DNA of 64,000 bases, taken from Glycera tridactyla (Eukaryota). Positions 24,714-39,648 of this stretch are shown here, one piece after another. The DNA lies in the NCBI GenBank assembly GCA_965644265.1, contig OZ286461.1, positions 77,314,001 to 77,378,000 of the forward strand. Direction: 5' to 3'. A model generated the notes under the pieces. It saw only the letters and a program-made list of their open reading frames with translations, ran no database searches and was not told the origin of the DNA. Within the stretch, counting starts at the first letter, position 1, and each line of letters opens with the position of its first letter. The translations under genes were made by a program, and so were the position numbers.

Positions 24714-25450
24714 GTGCACAATGAAAAAAAATCCAAGACTAGAGACCATGAAGTCAACTTGGAAGACAGTCAGATTTGTGTATCACTATATGCCGATGAT
24801 ATAGTATTTCTAGGACAGGATAATTCACCCACACAAGAAATACTAGATATGCTATCATCCTGGTTCACTAGATGGTGTATGAAAGTTAGTGTTGGGTTGC
24901 CAAAACTCAAGTTGTTCACGTGAGGAACAAACAACGACCTCTATGTAACACCTCTGTTACTTGATAACAGTGTACTTCATTATGTGTCAAATTACAAGAA
25001 CCTGGGGTGCCGAGTGAATGAATATTTTAATTACAACAAAACAGTGGATGCCCTCACTGCTGCGGCCCGTCGGTCCTTCAGCGGGATAGTAAACATGTTC
25101 AAGAAGATGCAAGATATGGGATATAACTCCTACAAAACACCTATATGGGAGAATCATATATTCTCCTTGTGATTAAATATGGCGCGGCCTTGTAATGATT
25201 CAAGGATCTCCCAGTAGCCCAGATATACAAATAGAATGGTAGAACTTTGCCCCACTGGTGGTATTGTATGCAAAAATGAATGTCTCATACCAGTCACATA
25301 TACTGGTTGGACTGAGATATTCGAATCGACTAAATGAGCGCAAGGAAACTTTGTTCATGATCGGAACCTGACTTAGAAGAATCTCGGTTGGTGTGAAGAT
25401 CTGGAGTATATCAGTTCGGTACTCAAAGTGGGTGATATACTTTTAAAAAA
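24714..25450 (+). pseudogene. Non-LTR retrotransposon RT C-terminal relic (clade unresolved)
   Basis: VSLYADDIVFL..QEILDMLSSWFTRWCMKV, then YKNLGCRVNEYF..AAARRSFSGIV, with stops and frameshifts. Confidence 0.75.
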
Positions 25451-28400
25451 GCATGACATCCCAGAACTGGAGCAATTACTCGATAACAAGACAGGGGCAG
25501 AAAGGAAATTCGAAACTGGAGAGGAGGGGTAATGTCTGAGCCGTTCTCTTCAGAAACGAAAGATCATAGGTAGCTAATAGAAAACGAGCCAGGACAATAC
25601 ATATGCAAGGCACCTGAGGATTGAGTATGCCTAATATATGATCAAAATCAGGTGGGAAATGAGTGCCATTTCGTAACGAAATATGAGGCATACAATGACA
25701 TAGATATAGAATGTATTGTGAGATGATCTCGACGAGATTTGTTGATCTGAAAGACAGGTTGAAATTATTGTGCAACCTGGAAAATATGGAGCGATTAGGC
25801 AGATCTTTTGAGTAAATCATCCTCCAACCACCGAGATAATCTTACCCTCGATTCTGATTTTGATCCGTCACTATTTTCTTTCTATTCATCCAACCATTCA
25901 CATATGCATTCATCTATTCACCAATATACCTTCCTATGTATATCCACACATGTACTGTATTCACATCCAATCATACATTTCTTTCAAAAGCAGCAGTATT
26001 GTACTACAATAATTAGGTTTTCAACAAGTAATAAACTGTTCATCTCCATTGTCTCATTTTGCCTCACTCGTGTGATTAAAGGTATCTATCATGTGTGGAT
26101 ATGTATATATTCGAGACAAACCATCCGGAGTTCGAGTGTCTCATTGTCAAATCAGTCACAACTTATACGAGATGTGTTATGATACTGCTCAGGCACACTA
26201 TCAGCGAAATCAAAGCACAGATCCAGTCCATATTTCACATTTGCACAAGTAAGTTCGATCAGGCTAGCATGAGAATGTATTGGGGGGTGGGGCATATCAG
26301 TATGTGATAGATGCGTCTGATCACAGGTCACTAGCGGATCCAACAACAACCAAACCTCTCCCGAGTCTATTATTTCACATCTTTCACACCATCTCAGTTT
26401 CTCCTCATGCCACGTATCTCACATAGAAAGATCGATAGGTGGCGACGGTACATCAATGCCACCAACAGAACCAATCGACAAATGAACCTGATAGGAAATT
26501 ATTCTAAGGCCAGTAGTACCACGCGATTGATAATGGGACACGTCAGCTCATTCCTGCTTAGAAAATAGCTGAATCCGTTCAAGTGGGACCACAGAGGTGC
26601 AAAGAATAGAGCATGCTAGCTAGAAGAAATCAGAACACTGAAACATACTTGTGTGGTCGCTACTTCAACGGAGAATTCCTAGATACAGTTAGGTCACTTT
26701 CATTCCTGTTTTGTGTTACAATTGTAGCATTTTCCAGAGATGGTGTGAATGGAGGATATCCTACTCACTGCTAATTTGAACTGAGATCTTGTTTTTTCTT
26801 TCGGTTTTCTCAGATGATGTACCCAGCGTTTGCCCGCTTTGACAAACAATGATTTGGAAGTATTGACACGCATTTTTGAAACGAATGCTTTTTGTGTTAA
26901 AATAGATTTTGATTTGATTGAGAGGAGTGTAATCATGACGGAACTGAACACAAGATTGCAGTAATTTCCATTGATTCATTCATTTCAAATTGTACAGTTC
27001 AATTACAGGAACATAACGATGACGTTTGTGTGGAGAGTCTTATTTCAGGAATTTTGGTCGGTGTAAAGGGCAGGGCTGAAGCCGACTATATAATGATGTG
27101 GAGCGCAGGAACTCATTTCATTCTCGGATGATCGTTGAAGATCACCCCCCTCACCACCACCCCCACCCCCCCCCCCTCCCCACCTCCATTCACCACATTA
27201 GCGTCAATATCCTTCATGAATCATCCACTGTTATGATATACAAGTATATCATTACGTTCAGCGGGGTTTTTTTGGCTATTCAGACTTTCATCCAAGTCAT
27301 AGGATGCTTGTCAAGGCCAACTTTTCGAGAAACAATGATGATCCTCAGGTTCCATGTTGCTAGGTATTTCTTTTTGAAAAATGGGTTCGGAAATGCAAAC
27401 TGGCCATATCATGGGGTGCCTTATGCACATATGTTTTGCAAAGATATTTTTATTCAAACTGTAAAATGAAAAACCGAATATTTCGTGTGTGAATCTCGAG
27501 TTGGTTGTCGGTTGTAGGAATGGATAGCTTCATCGAAATGTAATGAGGCTAGAGTGGAAAGTCTTGGGATAACATCCCAAATCTCGTAACGAAACCAAAT
27601 GCATCAGGAATTCATCAGAAAAATCGAGATATCGACGGTGACACAGTATCATGGTGGGGACCCCGGACAGCGTTGTAAGATCATAGATTCATCCAGTCTT
27701 GCAAGACATGATGGAATACCTACTGAAATTATCAGACGGTGATTTCCTCTGACTGGCTGGCTAGAGAGATTACCTGACGCAGGCATGTTTTTTTTTTCAG
27801 TATATATTCTATGGCCTCGATGATCAAGTAAGTAACATGTGTCAATGCGTGTTTATGTTACTGGCGGAATGATGACTTGGGAATATTTGCATTTACATTC
27901 ATATTTACAAGTCATGCCTCTCACTGAGATGACGATGATGTCAACTTCAGCCGTCGTGACGTATGATGTAGACTATCAATTTCTTCTTCACGACTCCGCG
28001 GCCCCAATTGAAATTTCCAGGGATCCGTTTATTGACATTTCTCATGTTCATTAATTGGTGCTAATGGAATGTATTTGGGAAAAGGCTGCATGCATTACTT
28101 CTCATAATTTGCTGAGCAACATGATACGGAACTGGTCACTAGTATGGTCGCAAGTGCATTCGATCCCCATCTAATGTCCACAACTTCTGGCAAATATATA
28201 TATATCCTCTGACTGCCGAAAAGACGTATATGGCGATATGGCTATGTTCCATTGATTCACCATGAAGGCTCAATATTCACCAACAAGTCATTCTACAGAA
28301 AGCACACTTTTTCGGTTCTGTATTGATAGACATATACCACGAAAATCCTTTACCCCTTTGAGAATGTCTCAAATAACATCGGAGCCAAACGGAGAATGAT

Positions 28401-29825
28401 TGCAATAATTTTCCTCACAAAGACAGTTTGAGGCATCGTTGTCTCCTGCAAAACCATGATATCTTCTCGAAAGATATAAGAGGCGAAGTTTGAGTTACCG
28501 AGAAAGGCTTAGAATCAAAATATGACACTCTGTAGTAAGATGGTAGAATTTGGCTTCGAGTTATTTGCATATGTATGTCATCCTCGCTGAAGGTGAGTAG
28601 ATCTCTTGGACAGTTGATGTGAGCGACATTGTTTGAGGGCAGTTATAGCCAGCAGCTTGTGGGTGATATTCCCAAATTTACTATCCCTCTGGTAATCAGA
28701 CGCTGTGGAGACAATCCTCTGCCTGGTGGTATTGGCACGTTCTCTCATTCATGTGACGAGAATAGGGGAGGTTGGTGAATATGCCCCGTCAGCTTTGAAG
28801 AATCTTGAAGGTACATAAGACATGTACATCCACCAATAACTATTAGCATCTATCACTATAACGATGGGAGTCAGTGTGAATACTTGCTTTTGGTGAAAAG
28901 GGCATTTTCAGGTCGCAAGACGAGATTCGGATTGTAAACTACCCAGCAAACTTCTGATCATCAAAAGTACCTTCAGCGAGAATGGGTCTTCTCGTACATA
29001 ACATGTCAGCTCAGTGTACCCACATACTCACTGATGGTGGAGCCTTTGACAAGCAAGGATATATTGGGAAGATGTGCAGCTACTATGAACATGGATTCAT
29101 ATTTGTCATAGGATTTGTGTCGGTATTCATTGTCATAACAGCGCACGCTGTTCCATGCCTTGAATATGCAACGACCTCTCACCATGGCATACTATTTCAT
29201 TTAGTTACTTATATATATACTGCGTGTAGTGTGATGACCGGCAAGATCGACAATGTGTCATTGCTTCGGGCGCAGGCCTGTGACGTCAACAACTGCTGTT
29301 GTCAGGTGGACACATGACATCGAAGTTGGGGGCTCACGTTGGGAATGAGGTCACAGGAATTTCTAGAGGGTTCCCAAAAAAACTTATTGGGATTCTGAAG
29401 TTCCAAACCAGTAAATGAGTTGTGTGATGGTCTGCAGGTCTTAGTATCAGCATTTGATGGCCTCATCAGTTGCCAAGATTTGAGAGTTTTCGAGAGAGTG
29501 CCCCTGTAGGTCCGTAATTTGAGAGACAGGATCATTTTAGAGCTCTCATAATTACAGGATGTAGGATTATCTTATGTCCCCATACTCACGGAAGGTAGGA
29601 TCTTCTCAGAGCCCCTACACTTATGGGCTTAGGTTCATCTTAGTTCCCCCTTACTTGATGGCGGTAGGCTCATCTCAGATGCCCTATACTAAGGGGGGGG
29701 GGGGGGTAGGTTTGATTATTAATCTTTGCTGGCTTGCGTCGTGCATGTTGTCAAAAAAATGTCTATGCTATTTACTTTGCTTTTTAAATTGGGGAAATGA
29801 CGCCACAAATAGCCTTATGTGCTTT

Positions 29826-30065
29826 TCGATCGAATCATGTATCACGCCAATGATGTACTCGAGATATCCCTATGATTACTTTCCTTGAATCCAGCATAAT
29901 AGTGAATCAATATTTCTAATCAGATCAGATATTACACTGATGGTGTACTCGAGATATCTTCATGATGACTTTCCTGGAATCCAGCATGCTAATGAATCAA
30001 CAGCATGTTCGATCAGATCGGATATCATATTTATAATGTACTTAAGATATCTCCAGGATGATACG
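29826..30065. repeat. Degenerate ~90-bp tandem repeat, ~2.6 units
   Basis: GTACT(CG/TA)AGATATC at 29855, 29945 and 30038. Confidence 0.75.
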
Positions 30066-31576
30066 ATCGATAACTAGTGGAGATGTAATGCTAGCTTTCC
30101 ACGTCAGAAAAACGTCATGATGTCATAGAAAACCTGGAAGAACGTGTCTCGTTTGTTACACTCTCATGTCATCAATTATGGATAGGACAAGGTGAGGGGA
30201 AATGAAAAGTGTGTAAAACAAGAACACGCCAAAGTAGCTATCAAGAACACCTGCTCTTGACCTACTCAAAAGGAAAAGGCTCACTCTAATCAACTCCGCT
30301 GAATTTGAACATGGTCTCAGCGTTGCTTCATCCAGCCTGAGCGGATATCTGTATTATGTTCTTGATGCGTCTGATGACAGGGAGTGCATGATTCCCAGCT
30401 CGCAACCTTATAGTTGGGAAGTATCGGCCCTGCATATACTATAGATCCAGTATCATATCCTTTGTCTACCATGAAGCTTGGCACAAGTCAGTTAAAGAAA
30501 ACGGGAGCATGGTGCTTTCTCTTTTATGTAGGTATTTGTCGGGAAACATTGAATATCAGTAATTGGGGGATGAAAAGATGAAGGAATACCAATCAATCCC
30601 GCTCACGGTCAAATATCAATGATGCATCTGTCTTGAACGTCCTATCAGATCATTTTCACGCTCAGTCTAACAGGAAGCTGAACAAAGATGAGTTGATGAG
30701 AATCGTTGCCGTGTGCTCCTTCATCTTCTGTGAGCACTCGTCAGAAAAAAAACAGTGGTTGATCCCATGGAAGTCGAGGCATATTGCTGGACTCTTCAAC
30801 ATCCATCCTCGATTTTTCTTTGGCTGAAATGCTTCATATGTAGAGACTTCTCAATCGAGTCTCCACACTTTCCATCCATGTAGTCGTTACCAGTTTGGAT
30901 GGATTCCCAACTCAGATAATGAGCATTGGCGTCGGACACGTGAGGACCCATTGCTGACTGCACCAGCCAGTGAGGGCACTGACTAATAGGGACCCATCTC
31001 TCATCCTTCAATAGAAAACCTACGTCCAATTTAACACACTACCCTAATATTGAGCAGCGAGAATAAGAATAAGGCAAGTGATTCAAAGGCATTGAAGTAT
31101 TGGCACAGACTAGCAATGCTTCACTCAAGAGGGGTTTACAAACCATCGAGTTCACAAACACAAGAACTTAATGCACGAAGACAATACTATAGAACAATCA
31201 TTCCCCACACTTCGCAATGATTTTACAATTGGAAACTACAAATTATTATTTGAAAATAAATATCATGGTCAGTTCCTTTATTGTCAAAGTTACTGGATGG
31301 TTGCTACACACAAATGCTGAGAGCAGTGTATAACATCAGATGGCACACCCATATGCCCCAAAATAAACAGAACACATATCCATTCACCTAATCATCCATA
31401 GCTCAAAAAACATCTACGCACACAGTCCAACCATTCACACAAAAAGAAAGATAGGTAATTTGTATTGGGATCATGGGGGCTCAATCCAGTAAGTGCCCGC
31501 TAGGTTCCGGTATAGGTATTGAAAGTGGGTCTATACACCAGCTGTATTATATAAACGGCACATGATACACATCATT

Positions 31577-31780
31577 CTATCGAATTATAGAACTCTCATC
31601 ATGGCTCACCAACTGAGATGCCTTTAATGAATACATCCAATGAGTCAGCCTCAAGTAAGTGTTCTTCACACTATTCCAAATTGTTGGACCACGATGTCCA
31701 ATAGTCTCATGAGCTACTAATCTGTCATCTCTGATGGCCCAATTGGCGATACCATTTCCTGCACTAGATAGAGCAGCCAA
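31577..31780 (-). pseudogene. Possible LINE ORF2 3'-end relic
   Basis: TIGHRGPTIWNS resembles the CR1/L2-group C-terminal RGP..WN motif. Short match. Confidence 0.3.
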
Positions 31781-34037
31781 ACATACTCATTTCTCTGACG
31801 GGAAGTATACTGAGATAAGAAGTATTATGTGACATATGTGATCTGTACGTATGATGACATGTCCACATCTTCTCAGAGCCTACCTCACAGATATCACCAG
31901 CTCCCTCTCACTGGAAGGTGATTTCACATTTTTTGCAATCACCTCAGGAATAAGCCCAGGCGCCCCTGGTGCATATGCCGACCGCAGTCTACAGATACCA
32001 GCAATTCTAGCTCAATATCATGAATCGAGTTATCACAAGCTCAGATAATTCTCGACATCATCCAGACTCAACATGCATCGGCCAATCTTAAGCTAAGCGA
32101 TCTCAGTGAATTTCAATAGGTATCTTTCCACGGATCACCAAATCATACAAGGGATTAAAACGTGTTATGTCTCGCAATCAGCATGTGACCGATGGATGGC
32201 TCAAGAGAATTCATCACTCAGCGAAGATTGGCACTGGTTCCTCTATATTTTCCTTCCAGTATTGTGTCGTTCAACGCGGGCTGTTGGGCAGGGGGCCGTT
32301 GGAAATTGAGGGATTCCAAGTATGGTTTGACCTCCATAAAAATGCTAGCTCATTAGCAATATCACTTGCCAGTATACTGTTTTGGAGATTATCCCATCAC
32401 CGTCAAATCTGTTCGCTGTGAAATTGCCAGTGTCTCAATGCTGTCATGAACTTTTTGTCAACGTGAAAGCATCTTTGTGCAACCTGTATTTGGTATCATG
32501 TGTCAAAATAATCATATCCATCACGGACATGAAGGAAATAGGCAATCGAAGCAGTTCAGTCCACTGATTACCAGAAGATACAATACAGCTCCCTCATATT
32601 AGCATGATAGGGGCCTCCTGAGATCACATGACAGGATCATCAAGGGAAGTATGATTCATTCTACTCGATTTCCTATGCATTCTCTCTGTTTGCAGAATCA
32701 TATTCTGGCAATTTTCAGGGCATTATTTGACGGAGAGGAGATAGTGCCCTCAAGAGGTGTATGAATACAAAAACTACAGGTTAATCAAGGTGATTGAGGA
32801 TGTTGATTGATTCTAATTCATATCAATGGCATATGACCTAAGTAGGCAAGGCTGACCGAATCAGATAAGTGACTTATCATCGTGTATTCGTAAGTATGGA
32901 AGAAGTTCACTTATTGGATGACACTATATTATACCAACGATCGGATCACATTACGATGCGCCGTCATCATGATGGGCCATCATTATGTCAACACAGGTCT
33001 CTGTAATCAGGGTCTATATCATCTTCATTGCTGAAGTCTTCGGGAAATACTGTTGCTGAGTATGGGTTGCTATATGTATACTCGTAAGACGAAAATATGG
33101 TCAGGGTAGTTGATTGATGGGGTTGCAAGTTGTCCTTAGTAGGTTCAACCTAGCATTAATCAAGTGGCCCTGCCCAAATCCCCTTCGACCGAGCAAATAA
33201 TGGGTATTTTCAGCCCCCGGGAGTTCTCTCTTATTTTCTCACTGAAGATGAAGGTTCATCGGTCCCTCGTGGCCAGTGTATATGCTTCTCGAGAGAGTTC
33301 ACCTCTCACAAGTCCATCAGACTCTGGGTTTTGCCGGTGAGAGTCTTCTGATTATGTGACCACAATATTCCGGATGTGAGTTTCTACCTTTAACCACTCA
33401 TATATGTGACCTAGTATGACCTAAAGAATGTTTGGTAGGTCATTGTAAGGTCTATGTATTCCTGCGATTATGTTTTCAATCCAAGCCCCTACTGGCGACA
33501 TAATTGTCATTGGCCTTTCCACTTCTAGACAATTTTGACGCCCCCTCCTCTACAGCATGTTTATAGGACTAATCATCGCCCATCCATGTTTACCGCGTTC
33601 CTTCTGATGTACCCTCTGAGCCTGAACATGTCATGAGGTCAAATGAAATACGAGCTGTAACTACAATTAGACTGCAGGGATTGGTTGATTAAGATATCCT
33701 GGAACTTCGGAGAAACGATTGGATTTGTTCGACTACCAAAGACCTAATTTGTACATTGGCTGTGGAATATGTCCTCTGATGGAACCCATGGGGAGTGAGA
33801 AGAATTAAGGGACGGATTCTGACGGGGATCTACTCTCCAAAACGTTTGACACGTGATAATATAGCATGTACAACCCCACGGGTGATGCTGGGATATGTAT
33901 GTAGACATACAGTCACCCTGGACATCGAATTGATACTATGGAGTAATACCTTCATATGATGCATCCCGGCGTCTGCGGTTGGCTTTATTTCAATCTCAGA
34001 AATACTATATCATACGAGGCTCTCTCATTCCCCGCCT

Positions 34038-34383
34038 GATACATTGGGATCGATCAAGTTATGAATCCCCCTTTCTATTCGATGGTCATACATTGGGATC
34101 AATCAAGTCATGAATCCCCCTTTCTATTTGACGGTCATACAATGGGATCAATCAAGTTATGAATCCCCCTTTCTATTTTATGGTCATACATTGGGATCAG
34201 TCAAGTCATAAACTCCCCTTTCTATTTTATGGTCATACATTGGGATCAGTCAAGTCATAAACCCCCCTTTCTATTTGATGGTCATACATTGGGATCAATC
34301 AAGTTATGGATCCCCCTTTCAATTCGATGGTCAAATCATTGGGATCAATCATATTATGAATTCCCCTTTCTATTTGATGGTCG
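34038..34383. repeat. 49-bp minisatellite, ~7 units
   Basis: CA(T/A)TGGGATC recurs at 34042, 34091, 34140, 34189, 34238, 34287 and 34337. Confidence 0.95.
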
Positions 34384-34485
34384 GAAGAAGCCAAATTGAT
34401 TGTGAATGATCTGAAAACACGGATACATGAACGCCAGGTGACATCCTGCTACTGCCTGATGCATTGGGAACGGGTGGAGTCTGCG

Positions 34486-34585
34486 TGGATGGATGGATGG
34501 ATGGATGGATGGATGGATGGATGGATGGATGGATGGATGGATGGATGGGAGGATGGATGGGTGGGTGGGATGATGGGTGGATGGA
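34486..34585. repeat. (GGAT)n microsatellite
   Basis: Directly visible. Confidence 0.95.
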
Positions 34586-36522
34586 TCGATGAATCAATGG
34601 ATAAATGGGAGAACAGACAGACGGACAGAAGAACAGGCGGGTCAGCAGATGGATGAACAGACACACACCGACAACCTGAAAAAAAATGGGTCGATCGTCG
34701 ATAAACCGATGGATGAATGTACGATGGATAGATAGATGGATATAAAGANNNNNNNNNNNNNNNNNNNNNNNNNNNNNNNNNNNNNNNNNNNNNNNNNNNN
34801 NNNNNNNNNNNNNNNNNNNNNNNNNNNNNNNNNNNNNNNNNNNNNNNNNNNNNNNNNNNNNNNNNNNNNNNNNNNNNNNNNNNNNNNNNNNNNNNNNNNN
34901 NNNNNNNNNNNNNNNNNNNNNNNNNNNNNNNNNNNNNNNNNNNNNNNNNNNNNNNNNNNNNNNNNNNNNNNNNNNNNNNNNNNNNNNNNNNNNNNNNNNN
35001 NNNNNNNNNAGGGATCACTGTGATGAGATGCTGGCGCAAAGTTATCTCATTTGGCAGATGTGCTATTTGTGAACTGATGCCAAATTGAAACTCGATCGCC
35101 GACCCTCGACTTCTCTCGATAGATCTCAGTCGATGTGCCATTTCGACGAAAGGTCGCTAACAACTCGGAAAGTAAAGTATTTCTGTGAATTTCCTGGAAG
35201 GTCAAACCCGTGAATTGTCAGGTTGTTTTCAAGAAATATCTGTGTTCAAAGTGGGAGGGTGTGTGGGAAGATCATCTCTGCAGGTAGATGGCCTTTAAAG
35301 AAGTTATGTAATATAAACAATACTATCGCAGTCACCGCCCAGGGTGGCTTCTGTAGGCAGCTGGCCTTTGTATTGAGGTGGTCTTTCAAGCAGGTTTCAT
35401 TGTATCCATACTTGTATTGTGGAGTTGCTTGGTCAAAGGATATGAATTGAACTCTGCTACAGGGCTGTATACACAAGCAGTTAGATCACTTGTTTCGTGA
35501 CACCTCATCTAGGATGTAAGAGTTGAGGGAAGGTTTCTTGAGTGAATTCATGGTGATCATGCTAATGCACTGATGATAATTCAATTTTTCAGTGCTATGT
35601 AGTAACCCTAAGTCGGAAATCGATGCAAACATTCATGACATCATAAACCAATGATCAACTGAGAGTGACGATTGAGTGAAAAGAAAAATATAAATCGGTC
35701 ATAGCGAAGAACGAGCAATTGAGGTCTCAGGTGGGATTCTAGCGTCGGAGGCTGACCCGTGATTGTGTGTTCGACCCCGAAATGCCAAAACCATCACTTT
35801 GCTGACAGTACTACTAAACAAAGGTTAAATACGACAAGCCCATGCAATAGTTCAATCCAGCTCAGGACAGCACTGATCAATTATTCAGCAAGAGGTGATA
35901 ATGAAGTCAAATTGAGAATCAGTGGATGAGATCAGCCTCTGCTCTCTCAGGTGTAAATCACTCTCATAACAACGCCAAGCCAAATCCGTGTCGCTTGATT
36001 GTAGTATCTCGCAGAATGCTGTGTAGATTGCCAGGTGGATTGAATGTGGCGGTAATCCGGTACCGGACGTAAACAGGGACCAAGTGGCTCCAATTTGAGC
36101 CGTATGCTAACGCCGATGGACCAACAAGTTGCCAGTTCCCTTGACATGGTATCTATCACGTTCAGCCTACCTATTACCCTCCTCTTTCTCTCACCAAGGA
36201 CACCTTCCCCAATACCGATCAGACATGAAGTGTATTTTTCTTCGATAGCCGAGGTTCATGTCTTAGGAAAATGGAGCCACCGTCCTCCTTTTGGATTGCT
36301 TACCCATATTTCTGTTCAAATAACCGTACATCCTAATATGCTTGAATTAGAAATGAGATATTTGCAGCAAATTTTGAAATTTCTTAACCAACGATCCGCA
36401 TGCATGGGCATGACCGCAGTTTTCGAATTCATGTGTATTGCTAATGATTGAAAATTGATAATATGAAGGAAAGATGGTCATCGTGCTCGTTATTATATAT
36501 TGATCTACCTGTATCCAGTACC

Positions 36523-36907
36523 GTGGCTCCACATGTGGCGAGTTAGTTGCGGACACTCCAGTTCTCAACTGAGCAGCGCTGTTCACAACAGTGAGCATGG
36601 CTCCTCCTTGGATGACCAAAATGGACAATGTTCAGCATTCCACACCGGACATGCACCATGACACAGATCTGTATGATCTGTGCCACTCACTATGGAGGCA
36701 CTTGTAACTGAGTGGAACCTCTGTACTCCATCACTCGATTTGACCAAAGGGTGAATGGGTACTTGGCTATTGCATCTGTGGTTGAATACTCCGCAGGGAG
36801 ATGAGGAAGAATCATGCTTGAACAGGCCTGTCAAGGAAAGTAATCGTAACATCGGGTGAACGTGTCAAAGATACCAGACTTTAAACAACTACATTTACAT
36901 TCACATC
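36523..36907 (+). mobile_element. SINE family B copy 1 (CORE/Meta-like centre, CATTTA-like tail)
   Basis: Collinear with 47089-47517. Shared GTTCTCAA(C/T)TGAGCAGCGCTGTT..CAACAGTGAGCA, central (G)GTGAATG(G/T)GTACTT, and GATACCAGACT.TAAAC..(CA)TTTACA tail. Confidence 0.7.
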
Positions 36908-39411
36908 CGTTCCCAGCTCCTCAAGTATTAGGAGTGGAATGCAAGTACATGTAGTTTCCCTTGACCAACGTTATTGTGGCATATGTTCCCACAAAGCTAT
37001 TTCCAGAGTGATAATTACCGAGCTGGTGAGGTGGGGTATGGTGCTGATTTGTATGGCAAAATCGGTCGCGGTTTTTGGCCCACTTCAACATCTCACATAT
37101 CCACACATCACATCACTCTCCATCTGGAAACAGCATTTAGAGATGATTTTGAGTGATTGCCATTCAAAAAAACTAAAGTTCGATGCATAAGGCTGTCTTG
37201 ATCGAAAATGCCCAGAGTCTCCTCGGAAATGAGAACTCGGGGCCTGCATCTTGCTCTGACGTAATTAATGAAATCGTCATTTCATTCAACCAAATTCAAT
37301 TGTCAGCGTGCAACTGACAAGAGGAACTCCAGGGCAACAGCAAAAGAATTCTCCATTATTAATCCATCCCTCTGATATTAGTCTCGTAATATTAAAAACT
37401 TGCCTCTCAGGAATCCGAGGTTTAATATCCAGACAAGGATCTGATCGCTTGGTTCAATTAGGCCTGTCATATAAACCTCTGAGACATTTGGAATATTGTT
37501 CAGGTGGCAATCAAAGATGCACCCTCTCGTGTTTCCATTCTTCAACGTGCATTTGACCACCGAAAAAAAAGTGTTGAATATGATCGATCCACCGAATGTG
37601 ATTGAATTCATTCAGAAAAAAGCCGTGAATAATGTATGAACGCATTCGGTTTGCCCGAATTCCCCGTCCAAAGTAACATGTCGCCCTCAAATTTAGCGTT
37701 GTTCGTACCAATAGGCCTGCTTGCTTACATTGAACATGAAAATATATATCCAATACGTTTAGCTACTGCTACCTACCCTCTGTCCGTACTTCCCACCCGA
37801 TGTCCGTAGCATAGAAACTCAAGGAGTCTGAGTAAGAGGAAATATACATGCGTTGAACATTCTCACAATCTTGGGTCATTCACGGACTAGGACTGAGATA
37901 CATGCTGAGGGGTCCTTTCGAGGTTTGGAAAGCCAAATCTGTGATTCATCCAATTCCAGCCTGAGCACTGATAACGTTCTTCGTAAAGATACGGATCAGG
38001 ATGTTTAAAGGTCAATTGAAGGATGAACCCTGTACATAACATATTTCTATTACAGCCAAGAAATACGTCTCTTAGCTACGAACCTTGATCACATAGTGTC
38101 ACAAGGCATATCATGATACTAATCATACTTACAGAAAGTGGTACTCCTCACATATCATACATATGGCTCAGTCAAAAATCAAAAGGCCTCACAACATGCA
38201 TGCAATTCATATCTGAGCAAGAGGGACTGGGAGGAAGATTCGATGATGTACGAAGCATGTTGGGTGAGTATCTTCGCAAAATGGGGGGTAGTGCCCAGTT
38301 TCCCTACAAAGAGAAAGTGCCAGACTAGTACTGTATATGGCGTCGGTTTCAGACCACTCGTTCAGGGTGGAAAAAACGAATTGCCTTGGCAGCAGAGGCG
38401 GCAGAAAGTGGGTCTGTTGCAGACAACTACGATAAAGGATTCCCATATAGTTGCCCAAGATGCATTCAGAAAGGAAAGGCATGGATATTGAATAGAACTG
38501 TGCCATGACCATCATCCGAAAAGTTTTGATATTCAGATTGTTGATTTGTTCTCATTTTCCTTTCCCCCTCCTGCTCTCTCTCTCTCCCTCTCCCCACTTT
38601 CTCTCTTCCCTACTTCCAATCTCGTTTTCTATAGCGGTTTTCTCCCTTTCTTTCTCGCCTATCAATCTTTCACTCTCACAGACAAAACAAACGGAATTCC
38701 AAACCTCTCTCGAGTTGATCTGATGCAGCTGGTCCAGGAAAACGCTTGCTAGCCGCCGTCTCACAGAATTCCAGTAGAATACCGACAGGCAGAACGATAT
38801 GGACAAGGATACATTGTGTCATACATGACAACAATGGAACCCCAAAAATTCAAGATTCAACCAGATGAAATTCAAATTTATCCAAGATATTATATTCTAT
38901 CCATCGTTTTACTGGCTAAATAGAACCATCATTATTAGTTCTGACCGTCTCACGAGGTCGTCTTGAAAGACTGCTTCATGATTTATGAGTCTGGAGGGTC
39001 GCATGAATATATCCTATTCTAGATGTACACGAACTTTATGGCTTATGTGGAACCTGCAGCAATTTTAGCATCTTTCTTGGGACGACTTATGTCGTAGACT
39101 ATGATGATTTTATGAGCGCGATATGCATCCTTGTGTTCCCTCTGCAATGCGCTAGTACCAATAAGATACTTCGCCACGCAATTGTATATGCACGCCTCTA
39201 ATCGAATAAAAAGAGATACTATGTCACCCACAAATGATCATTTGATTTAATCGGATTTGATTTCTTCATCATGCATGTCAAACGACCTACAATGAAGCAT
39301 GTGTGTCCTCATCATGATTAATCGGATCTTTACCAATATAAAATTGATGACACCAGAACTGTGAACATGGGCAAAACACCAATACCAGTAACAGATAGAG
39401 ATTTGAGAATA

Positions 39412-39555
39412 CAGTCTGTCCTGTCCTTAGCAGCCACTTTTGAATTCTCTGGTGGAGGTTTTTCCACTATATTTCACCTGCCCTAAGCAGCCACATGGTC
39501 TAAGTAGCCACCTTTTGCCATCCCGAAGGCCGGCTGCTTAGAACAGGTTCGACTG
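39412..39555. mobile_element. pogo/Tigger-like MITE
   Basis: Imperfect TIRs CAGTCTGTCCTGTCCTTAGCAGCC / GGCTGCTTAGAACAGGTTCGACTG. TA on the left flank. Internal AGCAGCCAC repeats. Confidence 0.75.
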
Positions 39556-39648
39556 TGAATCATTTGCAGACTATATCGATACCTTTTTTTGCAGATTTTA
39601 AGCGAGTGATAAGTATTCATATATTGAGTATCATACTGATCACAGTAT

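Noticed and set aside
33290-33400. Gypsy integrase-like NPESDGLV peptide on the minus strand
   Set aside because: A single short motif with no supporting integrase or RT residues.
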